Positions 29,926-39,626 of a stretch of DNA of 64,000 bases are shown piece after piece. Position 1 is the first letter of the stretch. Each line of letters starts with the position of its first letter. The notes beneath the pieces were generated by a model. It did no database searches. It saw nothing but the letters and a program-made list of their open reading frames with translations, and had not been told where the DNA came from. The translations under genes and the position numbers were made by a program. Source of the stretch: Porphyridium purpureum (taxonomy: Eukaryota); assembly GCA_008690995.1 (NCBI GenBank), contig VRMN01000001.1, positions 1,550,001 to 1,614,000 on the forward strand. The letters run 5' to 3'.

Positions 29926-32900
29926 CTATAGAAAGCTCTCGCCCGACGTGGATCGCAATGCAGTGCCGCGGTGCAAGCTGCCGCGGTTGAACGCCCACAC
30001 AAGGGCCGGCGGCAGGGCAGAGGAACTTTCCCACGTCCAGTCCTTCTTCCTTGCCCCCTTCCAAGCCACAAGATACTCGGCCCCGTCGCTCCGTTCGCGC
30101 CTGGCTTTCAGACCTGACACCTCAACGATGTCACCGTCGGCGTTTCCCAGGCTGGTCGAGCGCAATGTATCGTTGCTCAGTAGCGCTCGGTCCACTCTCT
30201 TCAGCCGTCGGCGATGCACGAAGAATTCTTTGCCGTCATGCGTCTTGAGCCATGCGCGATGCTCGTCAGCACGCTCAACTTCAAAAGGGCCTACCCAAGG
30301 GTCCGCCAGCTTTCGGCCCTCCCTGCCCAGCGGCGGCTTCCAAACGAACACACAGTCCCCCGGTTCAACGTCAACAATTCGACATGACGCGTTAAGCTCT
30401 CGACGTCGGGCGTCCCGGGTGGCATCATTTTCAACTACTGCGTTGTGCAAGGCCTCGAGCCTGTTGCGCAACAGAATCACAAAGGCGTCCTCCTTTCTTG
30501 CGCTGTCTTGTGGCGCTACTTCCCCTTCGGCGGCCGGGTTGAAGGGTCCCAGCCATGAATTGGCCTCTCGTCCGAACATGAGCTCGTAAGGCGTCCTCTG
30601 CGTCGTGCTGTGTCTAGTCTGGTTGAACGCGGCCACACAGGCAGGCAACCACAAATCCCAATCGTCCTCCGTGACCCACGAAGAAAGCATGTCGCAGAGT
30701 GTCCTGTTAAAGCGTTCGACCGCCCCGTTGGCTTGTGGGTTGTACGCTGTCGTAAACAGCTTTCTAACGCGCAGCATCTTGCATAACTGGCGTAGAACAT
30801 CGGCTCGGAAACAGGGCCCGTTGTCGCTCAGAAGAGCTTCCGGTAGGCCAAAGATTGCAGCCCAACGATCCAAAAAAGCCTCGGCAATGGTCTCTGCCCG
30901 CTCGTCTCGCACACATATTGCTATGGTGAACCGAGTGAAAAGGTCGCTCACTACCAGGATTTTTGAATATCCAGTGCTTGTTCTCGGCGTTACCGTTAAA
31001 ACGTCCGCAGCAACGACCTCGAACCGCCGGGTAACGACCCGCTTTCCCATGCGGTGGCTTGTGACAGGGGTCGGTGAGCCCTTTCGCGCGGCGCAAGTTC
31101 TACATTGCTTTACGAACTCCAAGACGTCTTGCAGCCAGCCAGGCCACCAAAACTCCGCGTCGGATATACGTGCCGCCGTCTTGGACACTCCGAAATGCCC
31201 GCTGAAAGGTGCTGAGTGGTAGACATCTAAAATACTGCCCACTAGTCCATCAGGGACTACCTTGCGCGGTTTGTCTTTCAGCGCGGCCCACGCAAGTCCA
31301 CTTTCGTCCAGATAGTACTCCGGATAGGAATATACTCGTGGGGACTTTTGCAATGCCGCGAGCTCTTTCGATAGCAGCTCGTCCTCCCTGTACGCTGCCT
31401 TGAGCCTCTCCGGAGATGGGAGCTCGTAGCCCACGGCTTGACCAATCGCGTGCGGATCATCTTCATCTGTCGGTACTGCAGAATCCTCTGCGACGGGATC
31501 TCGTCGCGCACGCGTGCGCACTGCGTTCAGTTCGAGACGTGACAGTGCGTCCGGCACTCGATTCAAGCGGCCTTTAACATGCTCGATGGTAAACGAAAAG
31601 TCCTGAATTGTCAGTGCCCAGCGCGCCAGCCTTCCTCTTGGCTCTTTCATGGACAGGAGCCAACGGAGAGGTTCATGGTCAGTGCGAATGCGTACGGTTG
31701 TGCCGAAAACATAGTGTCGTACCTTTTTGAGACACCAAACTACTGCAAGGCACTCCAGCTCGGTGACCGTATAATTTTGCTCCGCCGACGTCAAAGTCCG
31801 CGACAAAAAAGAGATTGGCGCAAGCTTCCCGTCCGGCATCTCCTGATACAACGCACCGCCCAGTCCTATCTGAGAGGCGTCGGTGTCGAGAACCTTTGGC
31901 GCGTTCGGATCCGCCAACACCAGCATCACTTTGTCCGACGTGAGCACCTCTTTGAATCCGTCGAAAGCGCAGCGCGCGTCTTCCCCAAAGCGTGCCTGCC
32001 AGCCGGCGCACTCTAGATCTGTATTGCGGTGTGCCTTCTTTGCATTGACGTCCAAGCCATCCAGCGCTCTCCGGAGCGGCGCCGCGCGATCCGAGAACCT
32101 GGGTATGAAGTCCCTGAACCAATTCACAAGCCCTAAGAAACGCAGCAGCTCTGTTGGGCCCTTAGGGTAAGGCCACTTGAGAATGGCTGCCGTACTTTTT
32201 CCCCCCCGGCCGAATGCGGCCTTCTTCCACTTCATGTCCCAGGAAACTGAGCCTTGCCGTAGCGAATTTGCACTTTTGCAGGGAAAATGTCATGTTCTCT
32301 TCCTGGAACTTGCTTAGCACTACGTCTAGGACCTCCAAATGTTTTTCTATCGTTTTGGTCCCTGTCAACATATCGTCTAGGTACATCAGGATGTGTTTCC
32401 ATCGAAGCGACCCAAGTATCGTGTTCACAAGTCTCTGGAAGGTAGCGGGCGAGTTTCGGAGGCCCTGTGCAAGGACTGTGTAGCGGAACAGTCCCTCCGC
32501 CGTTATCATACCGGTGAAGTCCCGCGAGGACTCCGCGAGGGGAACTTGGAAGAAACCGTCAGCCAGGTCCATCACAGAGAAGACTCCACACGGGAGGAAG
32601 CGTCCCATCCAATCTAAGCATTCGCGCACGTCAGGGATTGGGTATCTATCTGGAACGGTGTGGCTGTTCAATTGGCGGAAATCCGTAGTCAGCCGCCACT
32701 TACCGTTTGGCTTTCGAATGATAACGTTCGTGCTGGCATATGGGCCCGAGCAAGGCTCGAGGATGCCCAAAGATAATAAACGCTGGACTAGCGTGCTCTC
32801 GGCCTCTCTTTCAACTTCAGACAATCTACGCAGGCGGGCCGGGGTAAGACGTGCGCCTGGATCAATAGCAATGGAGTGCTCAGTAGACCGTGTGCGACCT

Positions 32901-33724
32901 GGACGGTCCCGGAACACCCTCCAGTGCTTGAGCAACACCGCCCGAAGACCACTTTGGTGAAGCACGTCTACGTGGCTGAGGTCTACATCCATAATGCGAG
33001 CACGCGTCTCCTCTTCGTCCTCTTGCATTACGTTTGGACTCCCGAGCTTACTTGCGTCTCTTTGCTCTACCCCAACGCAATCAATTAAGTTCAGTGATTT
33101 TGCAGGCGCTCCCTCTAAGAGGCGAATCGTGGCGCCGTCTTTCATTTCGAGCTCGCCCTTGCCAAAGGAAAGCGCGTTAGCATTAGCAACCCAGAAATCC
33201 CATCCCAGGATAAGATCTTCGATAAGATCTTCGGCAACTAATGCGCGCACCTGGTACATTGACTGGCCAATTTGTAGCTGAAGCTCTGATGCTCCGACAA
33301 TACCGAGGGAGCTTCCGCCTGCAGTTCGACACTCCTGCGCCACGTCCTGTATTACGGCTCCTAGAGAACTGACCCACTTTGCTCGCGCATATACACCGGC
33401 AATCCCTACAGCACCCGTGTCGGCAAGAGCATCTACGGCAGATCCCGAGACCTTGACAGGCGTGCGACCCGATCGCATGACACGTGCTTTGGCCAACACG
33501 CGCACGTACGGGACTCTGCCAGAAGCAGATTCCACCAGATGGTTTAAGACTTCCAAGGTTGGACTCGCTCGCAGGATTCGCTTCGGCCCTAGAGCTAGAT
33601 CATCAATCACGGAACTTGTTCGAATTTCGGTGTTCTCTTCACCTACGCTGGGCTTGCGATATCCCAACGCTTCCATGGCCTCATCCACGGCCCTCCCATT
33701 CCACGCTACCACGCGTCCGCGTAG
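29926..33724 (-). CDS. pol: Gypsy pol (PR, RT, RNase H, IN, chromodomain) with one frameshift near 32200
   Basis: ALADTGA, YLDD, TDASQIGLG, ELECLAVV, HSAPFSGH..C..C, SDNG, NGAVERFN, GPF and the chromodomain EYLVAWKG...TWE. The frame changes in a G7A5 run at 32196-32207. Confidence 0.9.
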
Positions 33725-34936
33725 TCACTCGCTCGCAGGCGCCGCCGAGGTAGCTCTGCGCACCGGTGCTGGCGCCAGGCAGTCTCCGGCATAGTGTCCT
33801 GTCCCTTGGCAGCGGCGACACACCACTCGATCCGAGTTGGCCATTAAACGGTTCCCCCCGATTCCGGGCACGCCCAAAACGGCTGCCACCCGGTCCGCCA
33901 GGAACTCCACTTCGATCAACTTTTGATCCTCTGTCTCCTTCGCCGGGTCAGGAGGTACACCCCCAAGATTTGGTTCGGAATCATGAAGTACATTGACCGC
34001 AGCCCCCGGTGGACGGAAAACCGGTCTCCCTTGGGCAAAGCTTCGTCCCTTCTCCAGTGTCGACCCGTAGTTTTTCTCCAACGGTAAAATCATTCCGAAG
34101 AATGTTTCTGTGGCAGCGTGGAGACGACCCATCTGTTGAATATCTCGAGGAAGTCCTCGAACAAAGTCGCTCTTCATCGACGCCTCGGATTTCCCAAGAG
34201 CAGCGCCGAGCTCGTACACGGCGCGGTGATAGTTTGCCACTGACTCGCCCTTCGTCCATTTCCTCTCGCAGTACTCTTGTTCCACAGATTCCAAAAGCTG
34301 AGGAGACCAGAAAACCGAACGCGCCCACGCCCAACGCTGCTGAGCCGAGTACTCCGTCGCAAGCTCGCCGTTCTTCTCGGCAGTGCGATAAACCTGCTCA
34401 GCCGAATCCGCAAAAGCTAGAACCACAAACTTTGCCGTGAGGTCGGCTGGAATGTGGCGACATGCTTCCACCCAGGTCAAATACGTGGTTTCGAACCTGA
34501 GATCACGCGCGTGACGGATGCGACAGTCTTTCATCTCGAGAATGACCGACCTCTTCATTTCTTGCTCGAGTTTGATGAGCCGGAGCTCCTCAGTGGACAT
34601 TGTCAACAGGCTCGAACCATCAGAGACCGCCAGTGCAGTCCCGATTCTGGACGCGCGGCTGGGCTCCCCCGGTGGCTCGGCACCATGTTCGGCGGATCTT
34701 GGCCGAGAACCGCGATCCTGCGCGTCCGCAATCGTCGGTTCGTCCAGCTGCGGTCCGAGACGCTGAAAGATCATCTCCATTCTCTGACGTATCTGGTCAA
34801 TGCTTTCGCGCAGCTGCTCCTGGCCGGATGCGATCAGCTCTACACGTCCCTGGAGTGCCGCCACATCAGCCGTGACGCTCGCTACAGTTGGACGCCCGGC
34901 CATTTCCCCCAAGATATCCGACAGGCGTCCGGACAT
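33725..34936 (-). CDS. gag: Gypsy gag
   Basis: GESVANY, FVRGLP and the CCHC knuckle CRRCQGTGHYAGDC. Confidence 0.88.
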   Translation of the reverse strand: MSGRLSDILGEMAGRPTVASVTADVAALQGRVELIASGQEQLRESIDQIRQRMEMIFQRLGPQLDEPTIADAQDRGSRPRSAEHGAEPPGEPSRASRIGTALAVSDGSSLLTMSTEELRLIKLEQEMKRSVILEMKDCRIRHARDLRFETTYLTWVEACRHIPADLTAKFVVLAFADSAEQVYRTAEKNGELATEYSAQQRWAWARSVFWSPQLLESVEQEYCERKWTKGESVANYHRAVYELGAALGKSEASMKSDFVRGLPRDIQQMGRLHAATETFFGMILPLEKNYGSTLEKGRSFAQGRPVFRPPGAAVNVLHDSEPNLGGVPPDPAKETEDQKLIEVEFLADRVAAVLGVPGIGGNRLMANSDRVVCRRCQGTGHYAGDCLAPAPVRRATSAAPASE

Positions 34937-35206
34937 AAATCAGATAATCAGTCAGTCCCTAGAAATCAAACGCAAAAGTGTGCAATGCGTGTGCTGAAGC
35001 CACCCGGCTTCCCACACAAGTTCAAAAAACCAAACAGAACTATCTTTTCAAAGCCACCCGACTTCAAACGAGACACCAGAGCCACCCGACCTGGCACCTC
35101 TCCCCCACGTCGCCCTGGTTCCGGGCCACCCGACCACCAACCAGACCGGCCCGCGCGCTCCCACAAGAAATTACTCAAGAATGGGGCAACGCTAATTCTA
35201 GAATTA

Positions 35207-35484
35207 TGCTGTGTACTACACCCGCAGCCACTACAACCCCTCTCTCACCTACAGGCACCCGCCCGGATCGAACCCCGACACCAACGGCACACCAACCTCT
35301 CCTCGCACTTCGGTACCTCCTTTACTTTTCGTTTAGCTCGGGCCGCACGGCGGCGTGGATTATATACTGCCGCAAAGCCCTGGATCTAACTCAGTGGTGG
35401 GTTTGGATGGGGTTTTGGAGGGTGGACTGTACTCTGGAGTACAGGTGCTACATGTGTACAGTGCATGGGGTGTACAGCATAGCA
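35207..35484 (-). repeat. 5' LTR of the nested Gypsy
   Basis: Direct repeat of 28806-29083. Confidence 0.93.
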
Positions 35485-35743
35485 GGAGTAACTTCTGCTC
35501 CGTGCCTACTACACGGGCCTACGTGCGATCGTTCCTTTGCAACGAGCCTCTCGTTCTAGTTGCACGCTACAAGCCTCTTGCTCGTACGTCTGTTTGTGCG
35601 CGCCGTGCCTTCTTGCACGCGTCACTCAACGATCACCGGTGCGGCGAGCTCCTCGCTCGAGCCGTCTTTGCGCAACTGTCGCGTTCGCGCTTCACGCCGT
35701 GCCCTTGCACGCGTTACTTTGTTGCAGCTGTGTTGTTAGCGAC

Positions 35744-35757
35744 CTAGGCTCATAACC
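35744..35757 (-). other. Primer-binding site GGTTATGAGCCTAG (tRNA-iMet anticodon-arm / half-tRNA type)
   Basis: Directly abuts the 5' LTR and matches the GGTTAT(G/A)GCC PBS type of Ty5 and Drosophila copia. Confidence 0.8.
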
Positions 35758-36105
35758 CAAGATTGGGTCATAGGAATGAACGTGGGGGACGAGGTCCAAC
35801 ACTGATAAGGGGAGACAGCAAACCGAAATCCACTGCTGAGAAGACAAGACCAAAAGGGTATCCACGAGAAACCTCCTTTAATCCGCGCCCTGATCTCCTC
35901 TGACTAAAAGCTAACAAAACACGTCTACGGCGAAGCGAAAGGGTGCTGGTTATATACCCGTGCGGCGCCATGGACGGCCGCCGTCGCCGCCCATATTGGT
36001 GCAGTGTGGGCACAGATTGAGGCTGCCGGCTGCTCACTCATCTGCAGCAGTACGACGGAACTGAACGCCCGCTCGATACTGGAGTACAGCTTGACCCCAT
36101 TCACG
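35758..36105 (-). repeat. 5' LTR of the Copia-type element
   Basis: Direct repeat of 23710-24057. Confidence 0.92.
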
Positions 36106-36160
36106 TACTCTACTGTACTCTACTGTACTCTACTGTACTCTACTGTACTCTACTGTACTC
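36106..36160. repeat. (TACTGTACTC)n microsatellite, right half (TACTC plus 5 units)
   Basis: Read directly. Confidence 0.95.
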
Positions 36161-36486
36161 CGCTGGACATCCTTCGCCACCGGCTTCCCCAAAACCTGAA
36201 ATCAAAAACGACGCTCCAAACCTCAAAAACGGCTCGCGCGTGGGTGTACAGTTGCAGTTTAGCTAGTGATTTCGCGTGCGCTGTACCCGTAGCCAGCGCG
36301 TCTTTATGCCGAGATTGTGATTCAATCCAGATTTGCGTTCACAATCTGGACGTTTCTGCGCGCACGAGACGGAGAAAAACGGGATGGCTGCGGTGGCTGT
36401 GTTTGGGATGATTGGACATGTGGTATTCGGCCGGGGGGGAAGAGAAAGAGAGAGAGAGAGATAGAGAGGAGGACAGAAGGGGAAGG

Positions 36487-36879
36487 ATGGACGGCATGGG
36501 TTTTGTTGGGGCGGTACCGACGGGGTGTGTCTCACGGCGTGCGCTCGGAGGCGTGTGTGCGGTCAAGCCGATGCGGCAATCGCAGGCGCAGACGCGGGCG
36601 CGGTGCGCGGCTGCGGAGATGCATGCGCCGCAGCAGGGCGAGCAGCCGGCGTCGGACAGCGGGAAGGGCGGCGCCGCGGCGCCGGACGGCGCGGAGGCGG
36701 AGCGCGTGATAGTTGCACGGCCGGTCTCGTTGCTCAAGGAGAAAAAGTGGAGCGCCGAACGCGCAAAGGAAGAGGCCATGAATGAACTCAAGCTCGTCAC
36801 AGCGCTCCAGCGCCAAATGAACCCAGAGGACTTCCGGCGGATATTCATGGATGATCCAGTCATCGGCGAACTGTTTTAA
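36487..36879 (+). CDS. Small, probably plastid-targeted protein of unknown function
   Basis: MDGMGFV transit-peptide-like start and a conserved-looking C-terminus (DFRRIFMDDPVIGELF). Confidence 0.65.
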   Translation: MDGMGFVGAVPTGCVSRRALGGVCAVKPMRQSQAQTRARCAAAEMHAPQQGEQPASDSGKGGAAAPDGAEAERVIVARPVSLLKEKKWSAERAKEEAMNELKLVTALQRQMNPEDFRRIFMDDPVIGELF

Positions 36880-37134
36880 CAACATGCTCTCTTTGTGTCG
36901 TAGGCAAAAGGCGTAGCCGGCCACGCTCTTGGTAATATAAAGTAATCGGTGTAACGCAATGGTGGCACAGCGGAAAACTGCACGGTTGGCGCCTCTTCCA
37001 ACCATCCATCTCGACGGCATTTGGCGGCAGGGAGCGGCCAGCTGGGCTGTGGCGACTACCACTAGGCGTGACGGCATTTGGTAGCGCTGTCGAGCATCTG
37101 CGCGGTCACGCGCACACATAAACGCACTCGCAAC

Positions 37135-37659
37135 ATGCGAAAGGACTCGCGACCAAGAACAAGACGCACGGAGACTGAGGAGCCGCACACGCCGTATGCG
37201 GCGGCACCATACAGACTTTATGACCGCAAGGCGGACCGTGCCCCTGTTTCAACATGGCACGGTGAGGACTTTCCCGCCGAAGCCATGTCACGCCTGCAAG
37301 TGGGCGACGCCGTGCGCCTTTTGTTGATGGACGATGCTGGGTGCTGGGAAAAGATCTATTTTGAGATCACATCCATTGACTACTACAGCAAGGGCGGCTC
37401 GAGCAAGCCGCGCAAGTTCCGAGGACGAGCATTGTCGACGTATCGCATTGTTTCACCAGACCGCTACGTCTCCGAGGGCGACGAGATTGCATTCCAGCGT
37501 CGACACATTGTTGAGGTGCCAGGATGGCATCTCGACTCGTTCGGCCTGGCTGCTGGTGCAGGGGGGCCGCAGAGCAACCTCGCGGCTGTGGAGGATGAAA
37601 GGCGGCGCATTCTCGACCAGGAAAGAACGACGGTCTATTTTGCCAAGCACGCGAGATGA
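37135..37659 (+). CDS. Hypothetical beta-rich protein, loosely DUF2314-like
   Basis: Pattern LQVGDAVRL...WEKIYFEI...FRG...GDEIAFQRRHI. Confidence 0.6.
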   Translation: MRKDSRPRTRRTETEEPHTPYAAAPYRLYDRKADRAPVSTWHGEDFPAEAMSRLQVGDAVRLLLMDDAGCWEKIYFEITSIDYYSKGGSSKPRKFRGRALSTYRIVSPDRYVSEGDEIAFQRRHIVEVPGWHLDSFGLAAGAGGPQSNLAAVEDERRRILDQERTTVYFAKHAR

Positions 37660-37823
37660 GCGCGTCGCTGCTTTCGTGTCACAAGTGACTTCTTGCAGCA
37701 TCCAGGCACATGCACGTATCCGAGCAAGCCCAAACACATGTACACAGACAGCTGCATGGAGCTGGACTTTTTTTTTTTATACTTTTCATACATAAACAAA
37801 GATAGCGAGTGCTAGACGACTTT

Positions 37824-39626
37824 TCATCGCTTGGCTTCGCTGAGCAAAAAGCCCTCCACGCAAGCTGGAGCACTTGCCGGTGTGATTTCAGAGCCGGCCT
37901 CGGCAGCTGCCGAGGTTTGCGGATTCCGCGGCACCTGGCTTACGCGACTTTTCGCAAATGTGTTCCCGATGAGGGACATCATCTCATCCAGTCGCGGCAT
38001 GGGCGCCAACTGCTCGCCCCTCGTGAAAATCATACTACTGGAGCTGTCCCAATGCCCCATGTCATGCGGATCACCCTTCTCATTCTCCCCTTCGTCATCA
38101 CTGTCTTGGTACGCAATGCCGCGCATGTTCTCGTCCGCTTGGTCCGAGTAGATCAGGTTGGCGCTACGAGCCATGTCCGTAATGAACCGTTTGCGGTCGG
38201 CACTGCGTTCGCCATTGTCCCTGCCCATGAACGATTTGCTGCCGGTCGCGGTTTCGCCCAACAGGGGCTGATACAGCATGAACGATGCTTCTTGAATCAG
38301 GGTGCACGCTGTCTCGAAGAAGATGCCCTGGCCAATGACGGACCAAACAACCAAACTGTACGTCATGATGAACAGCAGTGCGCTCTGCCTCGCTTCCAAG
38401 AACTGTGAACCAACGAGCAGAGTCAGGGCAATGGCTAGCCCTCCGCGCAAGCCAGCCCAAGTCAGCAGCAGGATCGTTCCAATCTTGTACTGTGATTTCG
38501 GATGCCTGAGTCGGCGGCCGATGGTCTTTTCAATCGCTACCACCGAAAGCAACGAGCACGCAACAGAGATCGCGCGCGAAAAGAGACTGATAGGGATAAT
38601 GCCCACCGCTGCGTACGCAATTTGCAGGATGCTAATGCCAGCCAGATCCGAGTCGGCGCGGTCCATGGCAACAGTCATCAGTCCGATGGCGAAAAACAGT
38701 AACGAATTGAGCGTCTCGTCGATAAAGCGCCAGAGCTGGTAAAAGCCGTTCCGTCCGTCCGTTGAAAAGCTATACGCCACGCCGTGGTTGCCCATAAGCA
38801 GGCCGGCCACGACCGATGCGAGCGGCGCGGAGACACCCATCAGGTTGCAAAGGACCTGAATGTTGGCAACAAGCACGACTGATATCGTGATTTCGAGCAC
38901 CGCCTCCTCCACGGATTGGATAAGCAAATATGCTAGGTATCCCAAAAATAGTCCAAGCAGCACGCCGCCCAGACACTCTTGCAGGAACAGCGAGGCGATG
39001 GCGAACGCATGGTCCGTCCAGCTCATTTCCGAGTAGGTGACAATCTGCAGGAGGCCCGAGAACAGCACGATGCCCACTGCGTCGTTGAACAGGGCCTCGC
39101 TCATCACAAAGTAGCGCGTCGAGACCGGAATGAGGTCCGGCTTGTCGTTGAGGATGGACGCGACTGCGACCGGGTCGGTTGGCGAGACAATGGCGCCAAA
39201 CAGGAGGCAATATGTCATAGGAAGCGGGCTGACCGCACGCAGCAAGCAGTAGGTGAGAAGTCCGATCAAAAGAGTGGACACGAGCGTGCTGATGAGCCCG
39301 AGCGCCACGGCGGTGGCCGTGACTCGCCGAAGCGCGCGCAAGTCCACCTCGATTGCTGACGCAAAGAGCAGATATCCCAACAGGAAGCGCATCAAAATAT
39401 CCGGGAATCCGTTCGTCAAGAAGATGCGAATTTCGGCAACAGTCGAGTACGCCGGCCAAGGAACTTGCAGCCGTGCCAGCACGAGCAGCAGGAGCGAAGC
39501 GATGATCGCGCTGAGCGCCATCATGACGGACGCCGGCAGGCGAATATAGTGCCAGTTGATGCACCGAACCGTGACTGTCACTGTCAGGAGCATGGTGACC
39601 ATCTCAAAAATGCCCATGTAATTCAT
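37824..39626 (-). CDS. CPA1 / NhaP-type Na+/H+ antiporter
   Basis: LLFGAIVSPTDPVAV, SEALFNDAVGIV and WAGLRGGLAIAL; about 12 TM segments plus a cytosolic tail. Confidence 0.92.
   Translation of the reverse strand: MNYMGIFEMVTMLLTVTVTVRCINWHYIRLPASVMMALSAIIASLLLLVLARLQVPWPAYSTVAEIRIFLTNGFPDILMRFLLGYLLFASAIEVDLRALRRVTATAVALGLISTLVSTLLIGLLTYCLLRAVSPLPMTYCLLFGAIVSPTDPVAVASILNDKPDLIPVSTRYFVMSEALFNDAVGIVLFSGLLQIVTYSEMSWTDHAFAIASLFLQECLGGVLLGLFLGYLAYLLIQSVEEAVLEITISVVLVANIQVLCNLMGVSAPLASVVAGLLMGNHGVAYSFSTDGRNGFYQLWRFIDETLNSLLFFAIGLMTVAMDRADSDLAGISILQIAYAAVGIIPISLFSRAISVACSLLSVVAIEKTIGRRLRHPKSQYKIGTILLLTWAGLRGGLAIALTLLVGSQFLEARQSALLFIMTYSLVVWSVIGQGIFFETACTLIQEASFMLYQPLLGETATGSKSFMGRDNGERSADRKRFITDMARSANLIYSDQADENMRGIAYQDSDDEGENEKGDPHDMGHWDSSSSMIFTRGEQLAPMPRLDEMMSLIGNTFAKSRVSQVPRNPQTSAAAEAGSEITPASAPACVEGFLLSEAKR

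Larger units (their letters stand above)
28806..35484 (-). mobile_element. Ty3/Gypsy chromodomain-bearing LTR retrotransposon nested in the Copia 5' leader, TSD GGAG
   Basis: 278-bp TG..CA LTRs at 28806-29083 and 35207-35484; 4-bp TSD GGAG at 28802-28805 and 35485-35488; PPT GGGGGAGATG; PR-RT-RH-IN-chromodomain order. Confidence 0.95.
23710..36105 (-). mobile_element. Ty1/Copia-type LTR retrotransposon (about 5.7 kb without the nested Gypsy), TSD TACTC
   Basis: 348-bp direct repeats at 23710-24057 and 35758-36105, PBS at 35744-35757, PPT at 24058-24068 and a polyprotein in IN-RT-RH order. The 5-bp duplication TACTC lies at 23705-23709 and 36106-36110. Confidence 0.92.

Noticed and set aside
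32196..32207. Programmed frameshift inside the RT of the nested Gypsy
   Set aside because: It needs a +1 shift mid-domain and has no in-phase slippery heptamer; a homopolymer indel is simpler.
35744..35757. tRNA gene fragment
   Set aside because: Only 14 nt of anticodon-arm match, which is explained as a PBS; no cloverleaf is present.
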